Below are positions 35,362-43,016 of a stretch of DNA of 64,000 bases, one piece after another. Source of the stretch: Gemmatimonadota bacterium (lineage in GTDB: Bacteria > Gemmatimonadota > Gemmatimonadetes > Gemmatimonadales > GWC2-71-9); NCBI GenBank assembly GCA_016209985.1, contig JACQVB010000152.1:9539-73538 (forward strand), in the 5' to 3' direction. The notes under the pieces were generated by a model, which saw only the letters and a program-made list of their open reading frames with translations, made no database searches and was not told the origin of the DNA. The stretch's first letter is position 1, and every line of letters starts with the position of its first letter. A program made the translations under genes and the position numbers.

Positions 35362-36207
35362 ATGATCACCCATCCGGAAACGGCGAGCCATGCCGCGCGC
35401 ACGGCCGTCCAGTCGCCGGTGCTCGCGCTGCAGCGAAACTTGGCGACGTGGCTGGCTTGGCGACCCACCCTGGCCCTGTTCCTGGATTACGACGGTACCC
35501 TCATTTCCATCGCGGAACGGCCGGACCACGCCCTGCTGTCGGATGCCGCCCGCGAGGCGCTGGTGAACGCCGCGCGCGCTCCCAACCTCGACGTCGTCAT
35601 CGTCTCCGGGCGCGCGCTCGCCGACCTCCAGGCCCGGATCGGCATCTCGGGACTCACGTATGTGGGGAATCACGGGTTCGAAATCGAAGGACCCGGGCTT
35701 TCGGGGGTGGCGCCCGACGTCAAGCGGTTCCACGGCAACTTGGCGCGCGCGGCGCACGAGCTCGAAGAGCTGCGGGTCGAAGGCGGATGGGTGGAGCGCA
35801 AGGGTCCGACCCTCAGCTATCACCTCCGGCAGGTCGCCCGGCAGGGCCAGCCGGGTGCCGCTCGCCGTGCACGCGCGATCCTGCGGCGCCACGGTCTCCG
35901 GGTGCTTGTCGGGAACGCGATTGTCGAGGGCAGCCCCCCGATCGAGTGGCACAAGGGTGCCGCGGTCCTGCACGTCCTTGGCTTGCGGTACGGCGCTGAC
36001 TGGATCTCCCGGGTGCGGGCGCTCTACCTGGGCGACGATGCGACCGATGAGGACGCCTTCCGCTCGCTCAAGAGCATCGGCCGATCGGTGTGCGTCACGC
36101 CGGGCGAACCTGCCGTCACCCTCGCCGACTATTGTCTCCCCGATCCGGCGCACGTGGTGCAACTGGTCGGCTGGCTCGGGTCCGGGGGCTTCCAGCCGCC
36201 CGGCTGA
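35362..36207 (+). CDS. otsB: Trehalose-6-phosphate phosphatase
   Basis: HAD motifs LFLDYDGTL, VVIVSGR, YVGNHGFEI and YLGDDATDEDAF. AGGAG RBS before the ATG at 35362. The track ORF starts at 35290. Confidence 0.85.
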   Translation: MITHPETASHAARTAVQSPVLALQRNLATWLAWRPTLALFLDYDGTLISIAERPDHALLSDAAREALVNAARAPNLDVVIVSGRALADLQARIGISGLTYVGNHGFEIEGPGLSGVAPDVKRFHGNLARAAHELEELRVEGGWVERKGPTLSYHLRQVARQGQPGAARRARAILRRHGLRVLVGNAIVEGSPPIEWHKGAAVLHVLGLRYGADWISRVRALYLGDDATDEDAFRSLKSIGRSVCVTPGEPAVTLADYCLPDPAHVVQLVGWLGSGGFQPPG

Positions 36208-36409
36208 TCTCGCGCGCGATCTCCCCCTAGGGCCCGGGTCAGGGGGGCTCGCGTCTCGGCCGCGGGGACCCGGTGTGTGCGGCTCTGGTACCGACCCGAT
36301 TCCAACGTTACCTGCATGCCGATTCGGTTGATTGGCGGTTCGCGCTGCGCGAAGAGCTCCGCGCCCGCATCGACGGCGCCACGATTGCGGTCGCTATATT
36401 CCATCCCGC

Positions 36410-36958
36410 ATGGTCATCAGCCGACCGGAACGCCGCATCCCCTTGCGCGCCCCCTCGAAATCACGACCTCGGTCGGCTGCTTCCGCCCGCCGCCGGAAGC
36501 GGGGGAACACCGCCGGTATTGTCCAGGGTCTGCGACGGATCGTCAAGGCGCTGCACTCCTATTCCCGGCAAGTCCACCGACAGTTCGGGCTTACCGGGCC
36601 ACAGTTGTGGGCGCTGAAGACCCTGGAGGGCGGAACAACAATGTCGACCGGGCAGCTCGCCTCGGCGTTGGCGGTGCACCAGAGCAGTGCGTCGCTCCTG
36701 CTCAATCGGCTGGAACGACGTGGCCTGGTGCGACGGCTTCGCAGCGGCCATGACCGGAGGGTGGTCCACGTCCGGCTCACGGCGCGTGGGAGCGCCTTGG
36801 CCGCGAAGGCGCCCGAGGCTGCCCAAGGGCGATTGCTGCACGCCCTCGATCTGATGCCCGCCGCGGAGGTTGGCAAACTCCGGGCGGCGGTCGATCGCTT
36901 GGTGCAAGCGATGGAGGCGACCGACGTAGTCGCCCCCTTCTTCTTCAGCGACGGCTAG
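36410..36958 (+). CDS. MarR-family transcriptional regulator
   Basis: LTGPQLWALKTLEGG..MSTGQLASALAVHQSSASLLLNRLERRGLVRRLRSGHDRRVVHVRLT winged helix-turn-helix. Start at the ATG at 36410 is uncertain. Confidence 0.8.
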   Translation: MVISRPERRIPLRAPSKSRPRSAASARRRKRGNTAGIVQGLRRIVKALHSYSRQVHRQFGLTGPQLWALKTLEGGTTMSTGQLASALAVHQSSASLLLNRLERRGLVRRLRSGHDRRVVHVRLTARGSALAAKAPEAAQGRLLHALDLMPAAEVGKLRAAVDRLVQAMEATDVVAPFFFSDG

Positions 36959-37038
36959 CGCCGTGCCAACTTGTTTCGCCTAAGGTTTCGCCCATGGCCA
37001 CCACTAGGCCCAACAAGTTGGAGCGGCACTAGCGGTGC

Positions 37039-38730
37039 TCAGGACCAGCCGATATGGAGTTGCGGCTTGAGTGTGGGCCAGTCCGCCGGTGCGCTGAGCA
37101 GGATGAGCCGATCACCGACCTCGAGCGGCGCGTCGGGACGTGGGGCCAGCATCCGTTCCCCTCGCAGGATGGCCACAATTTCGGTGTTCGGTCCGATCCG
37201 TCGCTCCCCATTGGGAGGGTGGCCCACCAGATCGCTTCCGTCCCGTAAGACGCCGATCATGAGCCGTCGTCTATCCGGCAGGTCAACCGGGATGCCGCAC
37301 TGGAGCAACGAGACCAGGTCGAGCCGGCCCACATCGGGCGGTAACGGCTGATCGTGCTGCCTCAGGATGTCCAACGCGATCCGCAGATGCTCCGCGTGAT
37401 GGGCCGGTGAGTCCGCGCGACCACCCACTTGAGACTCGTACAGGCTGGGGTATTTGACCCGATGCGCGAGGGCCTGGTGCACCAGGTAGCTGAGGGAAAC
37501 GGTAAGGGCGGCCGGCACCAGCAGGGTATACCCGCCCGTCATTTCGATCACCATCATCAAGGTCGCGAACGGCACGTGCGCCGCACCGGCGAATACCGCT
37601 GCCATGCCGACCACCGCGAAGGGGGCTGGTGGTTGGCCGAACAGCGCCGCAAAGGTGCCGCCCAACATCGTACCCACGAAGAGCGTCGGGGCGAACACGC
37701 CACCCGATCCACCCGAGGCGACTGTCAGGGACAGGGCGATGGGCTTGGTAACGAGCAGCAGTGCCAGCACGGCTAGCGTGAGCCGGCCGTCGATGGCTTC
37801 CTGCATCCAGCCGTAGCCGCCACCCAGTATCTCGCGAACGCCCAGGGCGAGCAGGCCGACCGTCAGCCCGCCGAGCGCCGGCTTCAACCAGCGAGGAATC
37901 GGAATCGCATGGAAGATGTCGCGGGTCCGGTAGAAGAGGACGGGTAGCGCAGTTGCCACCAACCCGCCCGCGATACCGAGCGCCGCGTACCACGGGTACT
38001 GCGACACGGCCGGTGCGGCGAGGGTGCCGGGAACGTGGAATAAGGGTTGCCACCCCAGCACTATCCCGCTCAGGGCGTAGGCCACGACCGAGCTGAGGGT
38101 GGAGAAGAGCAGCGCCCCCGACTCGAACTCCATGTTCACGTACATCACTTCGACCGACATGAGCGCCGTACCGACGGGGGAGCGGAAGATCGCGGCTAGG
38201 CCGGCGGCCATCCCGATCAGCAGCAGCAGCCGGGTATCCGCTTCCGAGCGCTTGCGTAACCGGGCATACAACGATCCAATGCCCGCGGTAATCAGCGCCA
38301 CCGGGCCTTCGCGACCGGCCGCTCCGCCCGAGCCGATGGTGATAGCGGACGCCAGCAGCTTCACGATGGGCACTCGCGCTCGCACCACGCCCGCGGCGCG
38401 ATGGAAGGCGCGGATGACGGCATCGGTGCCGTGTCCTTCGGCTTCCGGAGCGAATCCGTAGACCAAGGCGCCCGCGAGGAGGCCGCCGAAGGTGGTGACG
38501 ATGGGGATGGGCCACAAGCCGTGGGGACCGACGGTCTCCCCCAACGTCCCCCCTTCGGCGGGCAATCCGGGAGGGCGGTAGCCGGCCATGCGGGTAAGCA
38601 AGAGGTCCTGCGCCAGGTGCAACAGCGCGTTGAACAGGACGGCCGCGACGGCGCCCGCGACGCCCAGCAGCAGCGAATCGATCAGTAGGCGGCGTTGCCG
38701 AGCCTGGGCCTGCGTGGTACGAGGCGTCAC
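37039..38730 (-). CDS. ClC-family chloride channel/antiporter with C-terminal TrkA_C (RCK_C) domain
   Basis: Selectivity motifs GSGGAAGREGP and GSGGVFAPTLF. About 10-12 TM helices. C-terminal GERRIGPNTEIVAILRGERMLAPRPDAPLEVGDRLILL matches TrkA_C. GTG start. Confidence 0.88.
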   Translation of the reverse strand: MTPRTTQAQARQRRLLIDSLLLGVAGAVAAVLFNALLHLAQDLLLTRMAGYRPPGLPAEGGTLGETVGPHGLWPIPIVTTFGGLLAGALVYGFAPEAEGHGTDAVIRAFHRAAGVVRARVPIVKLLASAITIGSGGAAGREGPVALITAGIGSLYARLRKRSEADTRLLLLIGMAAGLAAIFRSPVGTALMSVEVMYVNMEFESGALLFSTLSSVVAYALSGIVLGWQPLFHVPGTLAAPAVSQYPWYAALGIAGGLVATALPVLFYRTRDIFHAIPIPRWLKPALGGLTVGLLALGVREILGGGYGWMQEAIDGRLTLAVLALLLVTKPIALSLTVASGGSGGVFAPTLFVGTMLGGTFAALFGQPPAPFAVVGMAAVFAGAAHVPFATLMMVIEMTGGYTLLVPAALTVSLSYLVHQALAHRVKYPSLYESQVGGRADSPAHHAEHLRIALDILRQHDQPLPPDVGRLDLVSLLQCGIPVDLPDRRRLMIGVLRDGSDLVGHPPNGERRIGPNTEIVAILRGERMLAPRPDAPLEVGDRLILLSAPADWPTLKPQLHIGWS

Positions 38731-38993
38731 CGGGAGGGCAACGAAGTAGCGTGGCGATGCGCTCGGCCTTCGCGAACTCCATATGCTGATTCGCCCGTGA
38801 TATCGAGACCACCGGGGCGGAGCGTGTCGAGGCGCATCGCACCGCTATTGACCAGCCTCTCCACGGATGCGCGCCCCGTCTCGTGACGCCAGCGCATCGC
38901 GCACCGTCGCGAGTCCGTCGTCGTCACCGAGCCCAGCCGCTGCGCTGGGCGTGGTACGCCGCGCGGCCAATGGAAAAGGGACATGTTGAACGA

Positions 38994-39011
38994 TACATTG
39001 ATACCAATGTA
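38994..39011. promoter_or_regulatory. AT-rich palindrome TACATTGATACCAATGTA (site 3)
   Basis: 18-bp palindrome with one central mismatch. The core ATTGATACCAAT differs by one base from sites 1 and 2. Lies in the divergent ClC/deaminase intergenic region. Confidence 0.5.
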
Positions 39012-39133
39012 CCAGATCGGGTGCGAGTCGCCATCGTGGGCGCTCCTCTCGCCTTCTCGCTTTTCTCCTGTTCCCAGACTCCATTATTCGGAGGCGCGTG
39101 GGAGACGGGGCCAGGGACAAAAGGAGGAGAGCG

Positions 39134-39607
39134 GTGCGGGTAGAACGCAGATTCATGCGGCTGGCGATCCAGGAATGCCGCAAGGGCATTCGCGCCGGCC
39201 AGTCTCCTTTCGGCGCGGTGATCGTCCGGGGATCCCGGGTGGTGAGCCGGGCCCACAACGGTGTCTGGAAAGAGACGGACATCACGGCGCATGCCGAGGT
39301 GCGGGCTATCCGCCGCGCGTGCCGGAAGCTCAAGACCATCGACCTGTCGGGGTGCGTGATCTATTCCACCTGCGAACCGTGCCCCATGTGCTTTGCCGCC
39401 TGCCACTGGGCCAAGCTCGACGCGATCGTCTTTGGAGCGACCATCGCCGCCGCCGCGAGGCTCGGGTTCAGCGAGCTCTCGCTCTCCAATCGCGAAATGA
39501 AGCGCGAGGGGGGGAGCCCCATCGAGGTCGTCCCCGGAGTGCTGAAAAAAGAGACTCGGCAGCTGTTCGAGGTGTGGGAGAAGATAGGGAAGGGGAGACT
39601 CTACTGA
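39134..39607 (+). CDS. CMP/dCMP-type zinc deaminase (TadA/guanine-deaminase-like nucleoside deaminase)
   Basis: HAEVRAI...CEPCPMCFAACHWA zinc-binding motifs. GTG at 39134 is preceded by AAGGAGGAG. The track ORF starts at 39098. Confidence 0.8.
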   Translation: MRVERRFMRLAIQECRKGIRAGQSPFGAVIVRGSRVVSRAHNGVWKETDITAHAEVRAIRRACRKLKTIDLSGCVIYSTCEPCPMCFAACHWAKLDAIVFGATIAAAARLGFSELSLSNREMKREGGSPIEVVPGVLKKETRQLFEVWEKIGKGRLY

Positions 39608-39610
39608 GAA

Positions 39611-39692
39611 GGCGGTGCGTGGTACGTGGTGCGTGGGGTCTTCCGGAGAGGCCCACTCACCACGCACCACGCACCACTCACCACTCACCGCT
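39611..39692. repeat. Tandem-heptamer hairpin element (GTGCGTG family), full palindrome
   Basis: Left ggcggtgcgtggtacgtggtgcgtgg. Right ccactcaccacgcaccacgcaccactcaccactcaccgc. Lies between the convergent deaminase and DEAD-box genes. Confidence 0.85.
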
Positions 39693-40904
39693 TTATCGTC
39701 GCCCTCTCCGCATGCCGCTCCTCGCCCTGATCGACCGTTCGGGCCGTGGCGCTTCCGGCGCTTTGGGCTCGAGCGGCGCCAGCGAAGGCTCCAGACCCGG
39801 AACCACGTCCCGCGGGAACGTCCGGCCGATCAGTTTTTCGATATCCGCCATCAGCAGCCATTCGTCCGGCGACATGAGAGTCAGCGCCAGCCCGTCGGCG
39901 CCGGCGCGGGCCGTGCGGCCCACCCGGTGCACGTAGACCTCGGGGTCCTTGGGCACGTCGTAGTTGATCACCATCTGAATGTCGTCCACGTCGATCCCCC
40001 GTGCCGCGATATCCGTCGCGACCAGGATATTGGTGGTGCCGTCGCGGAACTCGTCCAGCGTACGCATGCGGGTGCTCTGGGCCTTGTCGCCGTGCATGGC
40101 AGCCGCCCGGATCCCTTCGCGGCGGAGGTAGCTCACCAGCTTGTCCGCTCCGAACTTGGTGCGGGTGAAGATCAGCTTGCGGCCGTGAGGGTGAACCTTG
40201 AGGATCTGCGCCAGCGCGATCCGCTTGGCGGGCTTGTCCAGCGCGTAAATGCCGTGCTCGATTCCGTCGGCGGGCGAAGCGCGGCGGCCAATTTCGACCG
40301 ACGCGTGTCCCTGCATGGCGCGATGGGCCAGTGCTTCGACGTCATTGGAGATCGTGGCCGAGAAGAGCATCGTCTGCCGTTGGTCGGGAAGCGCGTCGAG
40401 AATGCGGCGAACGTCCGGGGCGAAACCCATGTCGAGCATCCGGTCCGCTTCGTCGAGGACCAGAATCTCGAGATTCGAGTAGTTGAGGTGGCCGCGCTCC
40501 ATGTGATCGAGGAGTCGTCCGGGGGTTGCCACCACCAGGTCCACCCCGCGCGCCAGTGCCGTGGTCTGCGGCTCCATCCCGACCCCGCCGTAGATCGCGA
40601 CCGAACGAAGTGAGAGGTGTTTGCCGTACGCACGCGCCCGCTCGAGCACCTGCTCGCACAGCTCCCGAGTGGGCACCAATACCAGGGCCCGCAGTTTGTG
40701 ATTGGGTGATTGGGCCAGTCGCTGCAGAATGGGAAGCACGAACGCGGCGGTCTTGCCGGTGCCCGTCTGTGCGGACCCGATGACGTCGCGGCCGCCCAGG
40801 GCCAGCGGAATGGATTCGGTCTGAATCGGCGTGGGTAAGGTGTAGCCTTCATCGGCTACCGCGCGCACCAGCTCGGGAATGAGACCCAGTTCTCTAAAAG
40901 GCAT
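39693..40904 (-). CDS. DEAD-box ATP-dependent RNA helicase (RhlE-like)
   Basis: Q-motif F.ELGL, AQTGTGKTAAF, PTRELC, DEAD, SAT, HGD...R and HRVGRTARAG. Short basic C-terminal tail. Confidence 0.92.
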   Translation of the reverse strand: MPFRELGLIPELVRAVADEGYTLPTPIQTESIPLALGGRDVIGSAQTGTGKTAAFVLPILQRLAQSPNHKLRALVLVPTRELCEQVLERARAYGKHLSLRSVAIYGGVGMEPQTTALARGVDLVVATPGRLLDHMERGHLNYSNLEILVLDEADRMLDMGFAPDVRRILDALPDQRQTMLFSATISNDVEALAHRAMQGHASVEIGRRASPADGIEHGIYALDKPAKRIALAQILKVHPHGRKLIFTRTKFGADKLVSYLRREGIRAAAMHGDKAQSTRMRTLDEFRDGTTNILVATDIAARGIDVDDIQMVINYDVPKDPEVYVHRVGRTARAGADGLALTLMSPDEWLLMADIEKLIGRTFPRDVVPGLEPSLAPLEPKAPEAPRPERSIRARSGMRRGRR

Positions 40905-41120
40905 CTACCAGGAAACTCCTGACACACACTACACATCGGCGACGATGGCCCGATGCCACCGCGTCCATGCCGCTGCTCGATATGGCGAACCTGGGGAGTG
41001 AGACCGGGGTGTGTAAAGCGCCGGTGCCCGCACCTGAGCGGGACCGTCCTTCGTGGGGATGCCAGCTCGCGGTTCGAATACTACGGTGAGAAGTGTAACT
41101 GGTTGTGGGGATTGACGCTA

Positions 41121-41246
41121 GTGCAGTGAAGAGTTTGAGAGTGAAGAGGGAAGAGTAAACCTCTCAAGGGAAGAATCGCTCACCAGCGTGCGTCGATCTT
41201 CCCATGGGGTCTTACTCTTCCCTCTTCACTCTCAACTCTTCACGCC
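41121..41246. repeat. Tandem-heptamer hairpin element (GTGAAGA/GGGAAGA family), full palindrome with about 52-nt loop
   Basis: Left gtgcagtgaagagtttgagagtgaagagggaagagtaa. Right cttactcttccctcttcactctcaactcttcacgcc. The right arm contains the MFS stop codon (…KGVKS*). Confidence 0.88.
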
Positions 41247-42431
41247 TTTTTGAAGTTGTCTCATGGACAGAATCCCCAACGCCGGTCCGATCGCGAGCGG
41301 CACGAACGCGCGCTCCCAGCCCCAGGCGTCGACCCAGACCGGGACCAGCCGGATGGTGACGATCGTTAGCAGGAAGCCGAGACACGTCTGCATCGTGAGG
41401 GCGGTGCCGACGTGCTCCTGGGGTGCCAGCTCGGTGATGCAGGCGGAGAATTGGGCCGAGTCGGCGACCACGGCGAATCCCCACAGCAGCGCCACGCCCA
41501 TCAACGTCGACAGAGGCGCGTGAATCAGCCCGCCAATCCAGAGACAACACGCTCCGCTCACGGCCATGGCGACAATGGTCACGGTCGAGCGCCCCCACCG
41601 GTCGGCCAGGATCCCGGCGACCACGCACCCCAGCCCGCCCGCGGCGATGGTGGCAAAGGCGAGAGTCGGAGCCGCCGCGGCGCTCAACGAGCGTTCCTGC
41701 GCGATGTAGGCCCAGAACGCCGCCATGGCGCTCCACATCGCATAGAGCTCCCACATGTGCCCGAGATAGCCGCCGGTCGCGAGCCGCACCCCGCGATCTC
41801 CCACTACGCGCGCCAGCGCGTGGTAGTCGAACGGCTGGCTCGCCGCCTGGTATGGTCCCTCCCGGATCAGGATGAGAAGGAGCAGGCCCGCGAGGACCGC
41901 CCCCAGCGCCGCGATCCACAGCACCTCGCGCCAGGCACCGGCCGGCACCGCCACCCGCGCCAGGTTGGGCGCCGCGGAACCCAGGGTCAGGGCCCCGATC
42001 AATACCCCGATAGCCATGCCTCGGCGCTCGCGCCACCATCCGGCGGCGATCTTCATTCCCGGTGGATACACGCCTGCGAGCGCCGCGCCGGTGAGACCCC
42101 GGAGCAGGAGCCCCACCCCGGGTGAAACGCCGGGGATGGTGACGACAGCCGTCGCTACGCCGGCGAGTACCGCGCTCCCGGCGGCGAGCAGCCGCGGGCT
42201 CCAGCGGTCGCTCAACATCATGATGGCCGAGAGGAGCGTACCGATGACGAAGCCCAGCTGAACGGCCATGGTGAGCCACGCCTGGAAGCGGCTGGAGGCC
42301 TGCCATTCGAGGGCCATTGCCCCACTGACGACCGTCGCGGCAAACCACGGCATCATGCCGAAGACCATGGCCGCGGCGAGCCACGTCAGCTGAACCGCAG
42401 GATGAGCCGGACCGAGGGACCGGTTGGGCAT
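41232..42431 (-). CDS. MFS transporter
   Basis: 12 predicted TM helices. MFS loop motif region GMLSDRWSPR / ADRWGR. Start at the ATG at 42431 or the TTG at 42437. Confidence 0.8.
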   Translation of the reverse strand: MPNRSLGPAHPAVQLTWLAAAMVFGMMPWFAATVVSGAMALEWQASSRFQAWLTMAVQLGFVIGTLLSAIMMLSDRWSPRLLAAGSAVLAGVATAVVTIPGVSPGVGLLLRGLTGAALAGVYPPGMKIAAGWWRERRGMAIGVLIGALTLGSAAPNLARVAVPAGAWREVLWIAALGAVLAGLLLLILIREGPYQAASQPFDYHALARVVGDRGVRLATGGYLGHMWELYAMWSAMAAFWAYIAQERSLSAAAAPTLAFATIAAGGLGCVVAGILADRWGRSTVTIVAMAVSGACCLWIGGLIHAPLSTLMGVALLWGFAVVADSAQFSACITELAPQEHVGTALTMQTCLGFLLTIVTIRLVPVWVDAWGWERAFVPLAIGPALGILSMRQLQKGVKS

Positions 42432-42460
42432 CCGCAAAACTAGTCAGCCGGGTGTTTCCA

Positions 42461-42498
42461 CCAAAACACGAGCGCGGGTCTTCGGGAGACCCGCGCTC
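42461..42498 (-). terminator. Terminator-like hairpin immediately upstream of the MFS start codon (possible attenuator or end of an unannotated minus-strand RNA)
   Basis: Minus strand: GAGCGCGGGTCT cccga AGACCCGCGCTC (12-bp perfect stem, 42470-42498), followed by GTGTTTTGG (42461-42469). About 25 nt before the MFS ATG. Confidence 0.5.
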
Positions 42499-43016
42499 GC
42501 GCTCACGTTGGGGGAGGGGGACTACTGTGCGGCTTTGAGTTTTGCGAGTGCGATCGTCCGCCCGGACTCAGGGCCAGACGGGTGGCCAGTCCCATGCGGC
42601 GGCGTGCGGTCCGCTTTTCGGACGTCGATTGAGGCGTCGGTATCGAGGTCATTGTCTCTGTGGCGCACTGCGCCGCTTGCACAATCCGTACCCGATAACG
42701 GGGTCCCGTAATGCCTCACCGTCTCGTATCGAAACGCAAAGTCACTCGGAGGCAAGACCTTATGATCGCTTTCACACTCTCTTCATGACCGGGGGCGCAA
42801 GCTGGCCCGGCTCTGACGGACGAGCTATTGACTGTTTGACTGGTTAAAGGTTTTTTTAGCCACGAGGAGTAAGGGTTTTCCTCCTCGTCCGTATCCCAAT
42901 TTTCCCCTAGGAGTTTCGTCCCGGTAACCAGGCCGGGGCGTCGTTGCTTGTGGTGTTTGACGCCACGGCATGCAGGTGAACGGCAATCCCCGAGTCGGGA
43001 AAAGGAGGCAGTTCGT

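Noticed and set aside
36966-37021. Possible terminator between convergent marR and ClC genes (CCAACTTGTT ... AACAAGTTGG)
   Set aside because: A 10-bp stem, but with a 36-nt loop and no T-run on either side. Too weak to list as a feature.
37283-38842. 519-aa minus-strand ORF overlapping the ClC gene in another frame
   Set aside because: The 37039-38730 frame carries the ClC selectivity motifs and TM pattern. The alternative frame is Arg/Pro-rich nonsense.
38845-39688. Minus-strand ORFs 38845-39339 and 38924-39688 in the ClC/deaminase region
   Set aside because: They are antisense to the deaminase gene, which has unambiguous zinc-deaminase motifs, and have no recognisable domains. The ...GLGDDDGLATVRDALASRDG tail looked protein-like but is too short to support a call.
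40905-41120. Long 5' leader of the DEAD-box helicase as a cold-shock-type regulatory UTR
   Set aside because: Plausible by analogy with cold-induced helicases, but I could not identify a promoter, a cold-box or a defined structure by eye. There is no sequence-level support.
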